From Hydrogenophaga intermedia (GTDB lineage: Bacteria; Pseudomonadota; Alphaproteobacteria; Sphingomonadales; Sphingomonadaceae): 64,000 nt of DNA. The translations under genes were made by a program, and so were the position numbers. Shown one piece after another: positions 46,417 to 55,402 of the stretch; the stretch's first letter is position 1; every line of letters begins with the position of its first letter. The stretch is taken from the NCBI GenBank assembly GCA_943370475.1, contig CALRRI020000027.1:22-64021 (forward strand), in the 5' to 3' direction. Below the pieces are notes generated by a model. The model saw only the letters and a program-made list of their open reading frames with translations. It was not told the origin of the DNA and made no database searches.

Positions 46417-48903
46417 TCAGAAGAAGAACCGTGCGGAGGCAGAGACCGTGCGGCCGTACATCGTGCGCGCCATGACCACGCCCGAAGCCGGGATCGCGCC
46501 TTCCGACACGCTGGTGATCGCACGTTCGTTCAGCAGGTTGCTGGCATTCACGCTCAGCTCGACCCGCTCCATCGGGCGGAACTGGGCGAACGCTCCGACC
46601 GTGGTGAAGGCTGGCAGACGCAGCTGGTTGACGTCCTGGGCAAAGCTGCCCGTGGTGCCCACGATATTGGCGCCGATCGAGAACATATCGCTATCGTATT
46701 GCGGGCGAAGACCCCACAGCAGCTTGGGCTGCTGACGGGGAATGTTGCCGACCAGCGCCGGGTTTTCCGCCGCATCGATTTCCGCTTCGGTATAGGTCGC
46801 ATGCGCGGTCAGGCTGAACGGACCGCGACGGATGCCGCCTTCGAACTCAAGCCCATAGGCCTTGTACGAGCGAGTCACCGCCGCCAGCTGGGCCAGGCCC
46901 GTCGCCGGGTTGGTCGTGATCTGCGCGTTGGTCTCGTCGGTCAGCGCATAGAAGCCGGTCAGGTTCAGCACGATGCCGTCCTTGCGGTACTTCAAGCCGA
47001 CCTCAGCCTGACGCAGCGTATCGTTGCCCGCGACGCTGTTGAGCAGCGCGCCGGTCACCGTGCTCACCGCAGGCGTGAACAGGATCTTGTCTGCCCCGGC
47101 GCGTCCGCCCCGGCTGTACCGGGCAAAGACCGCGAACGGCTCCGACACGCGATAGTTCGCGCTCAGCGAGTAGGACAGGTAATCGTGGTTGTAGTTGACC
47201 GGGAAGGTCACGCCAACGGGGACGAACGTCACCCGGCTTTCGGGGATCGACAGCGATCCGTTGCCGTTGATGTCGAACGGCTTGGTGCCGCTGTCGTTGA
47301 TGATGTTGCCGCGCACGCGGATGTTGTCCCAGCGCACCGACCCACCGATGGCAAACTTGCCCTTGGCGAAGTTGAACGAGCCGAACGGCGCGGTCACCTG
47401 ATAGTTGAGGTCGGTGTTCTTGGTGTTTCCGTTGCCGGTCGGCGTGCCGTACACCAGCACACCGCCCTGCGTAACCGGAATGCCCGTGGCTGTGGTCAGG
47501 TTGAGCGGAACCGACTGGCCACCGCCGACGGCATCGTGGAAGAAGGTGGTGAAACCGATTTCCGAGACATATTCCTGGCTCGACCGATACAGGCCCGCCG
47601 TGGTGGTGAAATCACCGCCGCCGACATTCCACACCCGGCTGAGACGCAGATCGTTGGTCATGTTGCTGACATCGGGCACGTCGGAGTCCGCGATGAACGA
47701 CAAGGTCAGCAGACCATTGCCGCTCGGATCGAACGCCTGGCCGGCGCGCGCGCCTGCCGCATAGCTCAGCCGTGCGCCGGGACCGCCGAAGCGCGTGGCG
47801 AAGGCGGCTGCCGGAGCGGCTGCCGAGGGGAACAGGATGACGCTGCGCAGCGACTGGTCGGCATAGCGGAAGCGGTTGGTGATCGACCATTCGCCCAGGC
47901 TGAACTGCGCATCGAAGCCCAGCGACTTGGACTTGGCGTGCGTGCCCTGGCTCAGGCTTCCCTGCGTGGGCGTGCCTGATGCCCCCAGCCACAGCGACCG
48001 GGGCAGATTGGGCGACAGCAGCGAAGATTGCTGGCTGTCGATACCGCGCGGATCGACGAAAACGGGGTCGGCATTGGTTCCCGACACCAGCAGCGGGGTG
48101 TTGATGAAGCTGGGCGCGCGGTCATCGAGCACCTTGCCGTAGACGCGAATATAGCCACCGTTGAACTGCTTGGTGACGTTGAACTTCACCTGGCCGCCAC
48201 GCATCGAGTTCATGCCGGTTTCGCGCGGCCCCTCGCCCTCGCGGTAGAAACCGCCGACATGGAAACGCCAGCCGTCACCCAGCTTGGTGCCATAGTCGAA
48301 ATCGGTGCGATAGCTTTCATAGTCGAGGCCGATGGTGGCCATCACCGATCCTCCCTCGACCTCACCGGTCTTGGAGATCAGGTTGATCACGCCGCCGGGC
48401 GCATTCGATGCAAAGGTGGAGGCAGAGCCGCCGCGAATCGATTCGACCTGCGCGACATTGAGATCGGCGCGCACGAAGATATCCGGGGTCAGCGTGAGCA
48501 GATCGCCGAACTCGAGGACCGGCAGGCCATCTTCCTGAATCTGGATGTACTTGCTGCCGTCATTGACCAAAGGCAGGCCACGAACGGTATAGCTGTTGCC
48601 AGCCTCGCCCGTGCCCGCATTGACGCGGATGCCCGGAATGTTGCGGAACAGCTCGGCCAGCGACCGCGGCGCGATGCTGATGATGTCGTTTTCCTTGATC
48701 GCGCTGGTCGAGGTCGCGCTGTTCAGACGGTCACGGCCGCGCGCCACGCCGGTGGTGACCATGTCACCTTCATCGACGGTACGGCTGGCTTCCCAGGCGG
48801 TGACTGGCTTGGTTTCCTGCGCTGCAGCCGGCGCTGCGATAGCGCACAAGGCAATAGCGGTAACTGAAGTACAAGTAGAAACGCGATTCTTGAAGAAATT
48901 CAT
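46417..48903 (-). CDS. TonB-dependent receptor (paralog A)
   Basis: Signal peptide 'CTSVTAIALCAIAAPAAAQE', a plug, a beta-barrel and a terminal 'SASARFFF'. Confidence 0.9.
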   Translation of the reverse strand: MNFFKNRVSTCTSVTAIALCAIAAPAAAQETKPVTAWEASRTVDEGDMVTTGVARGRDRLNSATSTSAIKENDIISIAPRSLAELFRNIPGIRVNAGTGEAGNSYTVRGLPLVNDGSKYIQIQEDGLPVLEFGDLLTLTPDIFVRADLNVAQVESIRGGSASTFASNAPGGVINLISKTGEVEGGSVMATIGLDYESYRTDFDYGTKLGDGWRFHVGGFYREGEGPRETGMNSMRGGQVKFNVTKQFNGGYIRVYGKVLDDRAPSFINTPLLVSGTNADPVFVDPRGIDSQQSSLLSPNLPRSLWLGASGTPTQGSLSQGTHAKSKSLGFDAQFSLGEWSITNRFRYADQSLRSVILFPSAAAPAAAFATRFGGPGARLSYAAGARAGQAFDPSGNGLLTLSFIADSDVPDVSNMTNDLRLSRVWNVGGGDFTTTAGLYRSSQEYVSEIGFTTFFHDAVGGGQSVPLNLTTATGIPVTQGGVLVYGTPTGNGNTKNTDLNYQVTAPFGSFNFAKGKFAIGGSVRWDNIRVRGNIINDSGTKPFDINGNGSLSIPESRVTFVPVGVTFPVNYNHDYLSYSLSANYRVSEPFAVFARYSRGGRAGADKILFTPAVSTVTGALLNSVAGNDTLRQAEVGLKYRKDGIVLNLTGFYALTDETNAQITTNPATGLAQLAAVTRSYKAYGLEFEGGIRRGPFSLTAHATYTEAEIDAAENPALVGNIPRQQPKLLWGLRPQYDSDMFSIGANIVGTTGSFAQDVNQLRLPAFTTVGAFAQFRPMERVELSVNASNLLNERAITSVSEGAIPASGVVMARTMYGRTVSASARFFF

Positions 48904-49075
48904 GGATTGCCCCTGCTGTAAAAGCTTACTTTCCGGGCCTATTTGATTCCGATTAAAGCGTGGTTAACAGGCTTTCAGGCACGTTTTGACTGCCTGACAA
49001 ACCCGTGATTACGCAACGGCAACTGCAGGCTGAGGTCACCTGGCCACCCCCTGGTCGACCCGCTATGCTCCATGC

Positions 49076-49112
49076 AAAACCGCCCGGGTTCCGCGTGATG
49101 CGGCCCGGGCGG
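49076..49112 (-). terminator. Rho-independent terminator of TonB-receptor paralog B
   Basis: On the minus strand: a 9-bp GC stem CCGCCCGGG / CCCGGGCGG followed by TTTT. It lies 31 nt downstream of the stop codon. Confidence 0.55.
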
Positions 49113-49142
49113 TCGTGAAAGTTGGTGCAGGCTTGGAGCGGA

Positions 49143-51632
49143 TCAGAAGAAGAAGCGCGCCGATGCAGAGATGGAGCGACCGAACAGCGGGCGCGCCATG
49201 ACGACACCCGAAACCGGGATGGCGCCTTCCGAGATGCCAGTAATCGCCCGCTCGTTGAGCACGTTGTTGGCATTGATGCTCAATTCGACGCGCTCCATCG
49301 GACGGACCTGCGCAAACAGGCCGACGGTAGTGTAGCCCGGCATCCGCAACTGGTTGACGTCCTGGCTGAAGCTGTCGGTGACGCCGATGATGTTGGCGCC
49401 CACGGTGAACGTGTCGGTATCATATTGCGGCGTCAGGCCGAACAGCAGCTTGGGCTGGTTGCGCGGGATGTTGCCTTCCAGCGCCGGGTTCTCGGCGCGG
49501 CTGATCTCGGCCTCGGTAAAGGTTGCATGCGCCGTGACGCTGAACGGACCACGACGGAAGCCGCCCTCGAACTCGAGACCATAAGCCTCATAGGCGCGGG
49601 TGACCGAATTCAGCTCAAGCTGTCCGGTGACCGGGTTGGTGAGGATCTGCGAGTTGGTGTCGTCGGTCTTCGCGTGGAATCCGGTGAGGTTCAGCACCAG
49701 ACCGTCCTTGCGATACTTGAGGCCGATTTCCGCCTGACGCACGCTGTCATCGCCCGCCCCGCTGTTCAGCAGCGCGCCGGTCGACCGGCTGACAGCGGCG
49801 GTGAACAGGATCTTGTCCGCCGCAGCGCGGCCACCCAGGCTGTAGCGGGCAAACATCGCGAACGGCTCCGACACGCGATAGTTCACGCTGACCGAATAGG
49901 ACAGATAGTCATGGGCGTAGTTGACCGGCAGAGTCACGCCGACCGGAACGAACGAGACCTGCGTCTCGGGGGTGGAGATGACGCCGTCACCGTTCATGTC
50001 GAACCGGCGCAGGGCACCATCGTTCATGATGTTGCCCCGCGCGCGGCTGTTGTCCCAGCGCACCGAACCGCCCACGGCCACCTTGCCCTTGGCAAAGTTG
50101 ATCGAGGCAAAGGGCGCGGTCGTGGTGTAGGTGACATCATTGTCCCGGATGTTGCCTGCAGCGCCCGGGCCGCCAAAGTTGCGATAGCCGCCGTCGGTCA
50201 CCGGCACGCCGGCTGCGGTGAACAGGTTGAGCGGCACTGCATCGCCGCCGCCCACGACATCCTGGAAGAAGGTCGCAAAGCCGATTTCGGAGACGAACTT
50301 CTGGCTCGACCGATAGAGACCCGCGGTCGTGGTCAGATTGCCGCCACCGATGTCCCACACGCGGCTGATGCGGAAGTCGTTGGTCATGTTGCTGACATCG
50401 GGGGCGTCGTTGTCCGAATAGAAGGACAAGGCCGCCAGGCCGTTGCCACCGGCGGCGCTGAACGCCTGGCCGGCACGCGGTCCCGAAGCATAGCGGAAGG
50501 CCGCACCGGCACCGCCAAAGCGCGTCGCAAACTGGCCGGCAGGCGCGGCGGAGGACACCACCAGAGTGGTGTTGCGCGTCGACTGGTCGGCATAGCGGAA
50601 GCGGTTGGTGAACGCCCATTCGCCCAGGCTGAACTGTGCATCGAAGCCCAGCGACTTGGCCTGAACCTCGACGCCATTGTTGAAGTTGCGGCGGCGCACC
50701 TCACCTGAGGAGCCCAAAGTCAGAACCACGGGCAGGTTGGGCGACAGCAGCGAATTGGTGCGGCTGCTCACGCCCAGCGGGTCGGCGAACGACGGGTCGG
50801 CATTGGTGCCGGTGACCAGCAGCGGCGTGCCGGTGAAGGTCGGGACCCGGTCGTCGAGCAGCTTTCCGTAAACGCGGATATAGCCGCCATCAAACTGCTT
50901 GGTGACATTGAACTTCACCTGGCCGCCGCGCGACGCGTTGAAGCCGGTGTCGCGCACGCCTTCGCCCTCGCGGTAGAAGCCGCCGACATGGAACCGCCAG
51001 CCATCGCCCAGGCGGCCGCCGTAATCGAAATCGGTGCGGTAGCTTTCGAAGTCGACGCCGACCGTCGCCATGATCGATCCGCCTTCGACTTCACCCGTCT
51101 TGGAAATGAGGTTGATCACGCCGCCCGGTGCGTTCGAGGCAAAGGTCGACGCCGAGCCGCCACGGATCGATTCGACCTGGCCGACATTGAAGTCCGCCCG
51201 CACGAACAGGTCGGGCGTCAGGCGCATCAGATCGCCGAATTCCATGACCGGCAGGCCATCTTCCTGGATCTGGATATACTTGCTGGCGCCATTCACCATC
51301 GGCAGGCCGCGCACGGTATAGTTGTTCTGCGCTTCACCCGCAGCCGCCTCGACGCGGATGCCGGGGATGTTGCGGAACAGTTCGGCCAGCGAGCGCGGCG
51401 CCAGACGGATGATCTCGTTTTCCTTGATCGCGCTGGTCGAGGTCGCGCTGTTCAGACGATCGCGGCCGCGCGCCACGCCGGTGGTGACCATGTCACCTTC
51501 ATCGACGGTACGGCTGGCTTCCCATGCGGTCTGCGGTTCGGCCTCCTGCGCGTTGGCAGGTACCGAGATTGCACACATCGCCAGAACAGCGACAGATGCA
51601 CAGGTAAACTTCGTGGAATTCAGAGTATTCAT
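49143..51632 (-). CDS. TonB-dependent receptor (paralog B)
   Basis: Collinear with paralog A along its whole length. I prefer the ATG at 51632 ('MNTLNSTKFTCASVAVLAMCAISVPANAQEA'); the track starts at a TTG at 51644. Confidence 0.9.
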   Translation of the reverse strand: MNTLNSTKFTCASVAVLAMCAISVPANAQEAEPQTAWEASRTVDEGDMVTTGVARGRDRLNSATSTSAIKENEIIRLAPRSLAELFRNIPGIRVEAAAGEAQNNYTVRGLPMVNGASKYIQIQEDGLPVMEFGDLMRLTPDLFVRADFNVGQVESIRGGSASTFASNAPGGVINLISKTGEVEGGSIMATVGVDFESYRTDFDYGGRLGDGWRFHVGGFYREGEGVRDTGFNASRGGQVKFNVTKQFDGGYIRVYGKLLDDRVPTFTGTPLLVTGTNADPSFADPLGVSSRTNSLLSPNLPVVLTLGSSGEVRRRNFNNGVEVQAKSLGFDAQFSLGEWAFTNRFRYADQSTRNTTLVVSSAAPAGQFATRFGGAGAAFRYASGPRAGQAFSAAGGNGLAALSFYSDNDAPDVSNMTNDFRISRVWDIGGGNLTTTAGLYRSSQKFVSEIGFATFFQDVVGGGDAVPLNLFTAAGVPVTDGGYRNFGGPGAAGNIRDNDVTYTTTAPFASINFAKGKVAVGGSVRWDNSRARGNIMNDGALRRFDMNGDGVISTPETQVSFVPVGVTLPVNYAHDYLSYSVSVNYRVSEPFAMFARYSLGGRAAADKILFTAAVSRSTGALLNSGAGDDSVRQAEIGLKYRKDGLVLNLTGFHAKTDDTNSQILTNPVTGQLELNSVTRAYEAYGLEFEGGFRRGPFSVTAHATFTEAEISRAENPALEGNIPRNQPKLLFGLTPQYDTDTFTVGANIIGVTDSFSQDVNQLRMPGYTTVGLFAQVRPMERVELSINANNVLNERAITGISEGAIPVSGVVMARPLFGRSISASARFFF

Positions 51633-52222
51633 GTACGCCCCCAAAAGACATTGTTTCGTCGGGGCGGCGAACTAGGATCTGTTACTTAACGCGAAGTTAA
51701 TTTTGAATCGCGCCGGGCCAACGATGCCGTAGCGTAAAAACCGCCGGGCATGGCGGCTTGCGGCTAATGGAATTAATCAAATAGAATCAGAAATTTATCG
51801 GTTGGTTCGGTGCGTTGACCGCGCCGGGTACGATCCAATACCCTATTTCGGCAATGGGTTGCATGTCATTGAAATCTCATGATTACGTCCACGCGCCGCA
51901 TCCTGTTACCAGACCCGGACGCCTTCGCAATTGCAGCAAAAAAATTTTCAGATTTTTGTCCGGACAAATTTTTTCACGACCTCCACCAAAGCCAGAGACC
52001 GGGATGCCGGGCTTCACAATGCGATATGATTCGCTGCGAGTCGCGGGGGGCTGATCGGACCCCGCCGCATGTCACTTGCGATCCGGCCTTCTGGGCACGC
52101 CATTCCAGCCTCCAGGATTCCCGCCAGCCCAGCGTGACTGTTAACTTCTTGTTTACGCTGACTGCCTAGTTTTTGAAGCAACGGTCGGGTGTCCTTTGCC
52201 GACTTATCCGTTGGCGAGAACC

Positions 52223-53338
52223 ATGACTGCTTTAGCATACCAGATACTTCCCGAAACTGCCGATCAGACCCGCAAGGGTGAAACTATTGGCACGTTTCTG
52301 CCAGCAATTCAGTCGCCATCCGATGGTCGCAGCGAACTGCTGCGTCAGGCAGCGGTGTGCCGGTCGCTGGGTTCGGACTTCGTTGCCTGCGTGCTCGAGG
52401 CAGCATCCCGACAACTGGGCAACGCGCCGATGACCGAAGCGGTGATCGCGAGCTGGCCGGGCGATCGCGCCGCCGCTGCAATCGCCATGCGCCTCAACGG
52501 CGCGCTGCACGCCATCGCCCGGCGCGGAACCGAGCCTGACCTGTCGGCGCTGTATCGCGGCGATCATCGGGCTTTCGACCGGGCCATCGGCAAGGCGCTC
52601 GAATCATCCGATGGCTTCATCATCGAATGGCTGCGCGACCCGACCCAGACCAACGAGGTTGGCCGCTCCGCAGCCCTGATGGCGGCGCTGATGGTGGCAG
52701 CCGATCGTTTCGGCCTGCCATTCGAGTTGAACGAGCTGGGAACAAGCTGCGGCCTCAACCTCAATCTGGGACGGTACAGCTTCAATCTGGGCGGAACGGT
52801 CGTCGGGCAGCCCGGCTCTGCGCTGCACATTGCACCGCAATGGCGCGGTCCCAAGCCCAAGGCAGCAGCTGTCGAGATCGCTTCGGCCTGCGGGGTCGAC
52901 CGGCATCCGCTCGATGCCCGCCATGCCGATTCGTGCGAGCGTCTGCTCGCTTTCATCTGGGCCGATCAGCACAATCGCACCCGCCGCCTCGAACGGGCGC
53001 TGGAGATCGCGCGCGCGCATCCACCGCAGATCGACGAGGGCGAGGCCATCGGCTGGGTCACTGAGCGGCTGGCCGCGCCGCAACAGGCCGGCGTGTGCCG
53101 CGTCGTGTTCCATTCGATGTTCCGGCAGTATCTGCCCGGGCCAGAGCAGACCAAACTCGGTGACCTGATCCTCGCAGCGTCCGCTAATGCGACGCCCGAG
53201 CGGCCGCTGGCATGGGTGAGCCTGGAATGGACTCCCAATCGCAGCGAGGTCCAGCTTTCGCTGACCTGCTGGCCCGATGGGCGGTTACACCTGCTGGCGA
53301 CCTGCCATCCTTATGGGGAATGGATCCACTGGATGTGA
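52223..53338 (+). CDS. DUF2332-like protein (function unknown)
   Basis: 'LLRQAAVCRSLGSDFVACVLEAA...AIAMRLNGALHAIARRG' resembles the DUF2332 family as I remember it. Start taken as the ATG at 52223. Confidence 0.65.
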   Translation: MTALAYQILPETADQTRKGETIGTFLPAIQSPSDGRSELLRQAAVCRSLGSDFVACVLEAASRQLGNAPMTEAVIASWPGDRAAAAIAMRLNGALHAIARRGTEPDLSALYRGDHRAFDRAIGKALESSDGFIIEWLRDPTQTNEVGRSAALMAALMVAADRFGLPFELNELGTSCGLNLNLGRYSFNLGGTVVGQPGSALHIAPQWRGPKPKAAAVEIASACGVDRHPLDARHADSCERLLAFIWADQHNRTRRLERALEIARAHPPQIDEGEAIGWVTERLAAPQQAGVCRVVFHSMFRQYLPGPEQTKLGDLILAASANATPERPLAWVSLEWTPNRSEVQLSLTCWPDGRLHLLATCHPYGEWIHWM

Positions 53339-53339
53339 T

Positions 53340-53426
53340 TGGTGCGGTCAAGAAGACTCGAACTTCCACGGGCTTTCGCCCACAACGACCTCAACGTTGC
53401 GCGTCTACCAATTCCGCCATGACCGC
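53340..53426 (-). tRNA. tRNA-Leu (anticodon GAG)
   Basis: Hand-folded: acceptor GCGGTCA/TGACCGC, anticodon arm CAACG-TTGAGGT-CGTTG, long variable arm TGGGCGAAAGCCCGT, T-arm GGAAG-TTCGAGT-CTTCT, then A and an encoded CCA. 87 nt. Confidence 0.9.
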
Positions 53427-53560
53427 ACAGTCACGCAATTCGCGGGGCAGGTAACCTGGGCTTTCGCCCCCTGCCCGCGTGGCAGGCCGCGCCATTAGCA
53501 AAGCGGCAGGCCCATAGCAACAAGCGATTATCGATGGGCGGATAACGCCCGATGACGCGA

Positions 53561-54451
53561 TCAGCGGCGCTTGGCCCAGGCGATCTCGGCCGACGTGGCA
53601 GAGCGCGGCACATCCACCATCGCCTGGCGGAAATCGGCCTTCTGGCCCGGTTCCAGCCGGTCGACCGGCGGGTTGATGATCCAGTTGAACACCACGCGGT
53701 TCTGCGCATCGCGCAACACCACCAGCATCGGCGGCACATCCTGCGCGCGCTGGCTGAGGTTGCGGATCGTGCCCGATGCGCTGAAATATTCGGTGCCGTT
53801 GGGCAGGGTGCGGCGTTCCTGCTTGTCGGGCGGGAAATCGATCTTCAGATCGGGCTCCACCTCGGCAAAGGGCAGGCTGTAATCGGTGATGAAACCGGGC
53901 AGGCCAAAGGTCTGGATCGCCACTGCTGCGCCCGACGCGATCACGGCAAAGGCCACCGCGCCGATCATCCAGTATTTCGCCGGGTTGCGCCGCGGCCGGA
54001 AGGGCGGTTCATGGTTGAAGCTGCTGGGCCGGTCGGCAAGGGCATCATCGGCATAGCTGGCAACGATCGGGCGGTTGCTCGGCGGAACCGGGCGCGGCAG
54101 GGGCGGCAAATCGGGCTGGGGATCAGCGTCGGCATCAGGCTGGGGATCCGGCGATGGGGATGTCGGTGCTGTCGGCGCGGCGGGCGCCGGCGAGGGCGTT
54201 GCGGCTGAAGCAGGTGAGGCAGCAGGCGCATCGACAGGTGCAGGCTCGGAGTCGGTCTGGCCCACGGGCTGCGAAACGGGCGGCGCCGCGGGTTCGGCCA
54301 CGGGCAGATCGGCAGGCGGCACAGGCAGCTCGGGCCCGTGCTGGAACCAGCTATGGCCGCACTTGGCGCAACGCACCGATCGGCCATCGACGCCAATGGC
54401 ACTGTCCGGGACCGCATAGCGGGTGTTGCACGCGGGGCACGCAATAATCAT
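53561..54451 (-). CDS. MJ0042-type zinc-ribbon protein with Pro-rich linker, TM helix and DUF3426-like C-terminus
   Basis: 'MIIACPACNTRYAVPDSAIGVDGRSVRCAKCGHSWF' gives the CxxC...CxxC ribbon. A long P/A/D-rich region follows, then a TM helix 'YWMIGAVAFAVIASGAAVAI'. Confidence 0.8.
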   Translation of the reverse strand: MIIACPACNTRYAVPDSAIGVDGRSVRCAKCGHSWFQHGPELPVPPADLPVAEPAAPPVSQPVGQTDSEPAPVDAPAASPASAATPSPAPAAPTAPTSPSPDPQPDADADPQPDLPPLPRPVPPSNRPIVASYADDALADRPSSFNHEPPFRPRRNPAKYWMIGAVAFAVIASGAAVAIQTFGLPGFITDYSLPFAEVEPDLKIDFPPDKQERRTLPNGTEYFSASGTIRNLSQRAQDVPPMLVVLRDAQNRVVFNWIINPPVDRLEPGQKADFRQAMVDVPRSATSAEIAWAKRR

Positions 54452-54655
54452 GGGGTTTCTAACCACGCCGGGCGAATCGCCGCAAGGGGCTTGCAGGCCC
54501 CGCCACGGCGTGCCTGCCCTTTTTCCACCACTGTTTGCGCGCTATGGCGTTTTTTCAACGGCTTGGGCCACGAGGAGGCAGGACGCGAATGCTGCAAGAC
54601 GGTGCGATGCGCATTCCCATTGCCTGCTTGGCCCACGGCGGGCTATCGCCACAGC

Positions 54656-55402
54656 ATGAGCGGCGCCAGCATGGATAGCATCGTCCAGTTCGAGAATGTC
54701 GGGCTGCGCTATGGCACCGGGCCAGAGGCGCTGTCGGACCTGTCGTTCACGCTGTTTTCCGGCCAGTTCTACTTCCTCACCGGTCCTTCGGGCGCAGGCA
54801 AATCCTCGCTGTTGCGGCTGCTGTACCTGGCTCAGAGGCCGAGCCGCGGCCTCGTGCGGCTGTTCGGCAGCGACCTCATGACGCTGGACCGCGAGCGGCT
54901 GCCGGGCTTCCGCCGCCGGATCGGCGTGGTGTTCCAGGATTTCCGACTGGTGCCGCACCTTTCGGCCTTCGACAACATCGCGCTGCCGCTGCGGATATCG
55001 GGCATGCGCGATGCTGACATCACCACCCCGGTGCGCGAGATTCTCGATTGGGTCGGGCTCAACGCGCGCGGCGATGCCTTGCCCGCGACACTTTCGGGCG
55101 GCGAGCAGCAACGTGTCGCGATCGCCCGCGCCGTCATCACCCGGCCCGATATCCTGGTCGCGGACGAGCCCACCGGCAATGTCGATCCCGATATGGCGGT
55201 GAAATTGCTGCGATTGTTCGAGGCGCTGAACCGGATGGGCACGACGATCATCGTTGCCACCCACGACATCCATCTGATGACGCGGATCAAGCGTGCGCAG
55301 ATGATGCGGCTGGAAGGCGGGCGCTTGTCCGACCCCACCGGCGCCTTGCGCTATCCGCCCCGCCCCGCGGACCTCACCGGATGGGTGGGCGAGCAGGGCT
55401 GA
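54656..55402 (+). CDS. ftsE: cell-division ABC transporter ATP-binding protein FtsE
   Basis: Walker A 'GPSGAGKSS', signature 'LSGGEQQRV' and Walker B 'ILVADEPTG'. Confidence 0.9.
   Translation: MSGASMDSIVQFENVGLRYGTGPEALSDLSFTLFSGQFYFLTGPSGAGKSSLLRLLYLAQRPSRGLVRLFGSDLMTLDRERLPGFRRRIGVVFQDFRLVPHLSAFDNIALPLRISGMRDADITTPVREILDWVGLNARGDALPATLSGGEQQRVAIARAVITRPDILVADEPTGNVDPDMAVKLLRLFEALNRMGTTIIVATHDIHLMTRIKRAQMMRLEGGRLSDPTGALRYPPRPADLTGWVGEQG

Noticed and set aside
51757-51796. An AT-rich stretch TAATGGAATTAATCAAATAGAATCAGAAATTTATCG, considered as a Fur box upstream of the TonB receptor. The related CTATTTGATT motif also occurs upstream of paralog A (about 48941-48965).
   Set aside because: No 19-mer window aligns convincingly to GATAATGATAATCATTATC. 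The shared 10-mer occurs in opposite orientations relative to the two genes. This is too weak to call without a PWM scan.
51988-52008. A B12-box-like string AAGCCAGAGACCGGG, which could indicate a cobalamin riboswitch next to a TonB-dependent receptor.
   Set aside because: It is on the strand opposite the receptor and has a one-base deletion relative to the B12 box as I remember it. The other conserved cobalamin-riboswitch elements (GCCACTG, the GC-rich multi-stem core) are absent from the flanks.
51633-52222. Possibility that the AT-rich spacer is the chromosomal origin (oriC), given its proximity to parAB/gidAB and a TTAA-N7-TTAA box.
   Set aside because: I found no good DnaA boxes: the best matches to TTATCCACA are 5-6 of 9. 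Only a single CtrA-type box is present. In related alphaproteobacteria the origin is usually beyond mnmE/rho/hemE, which would be outside this window to the right.
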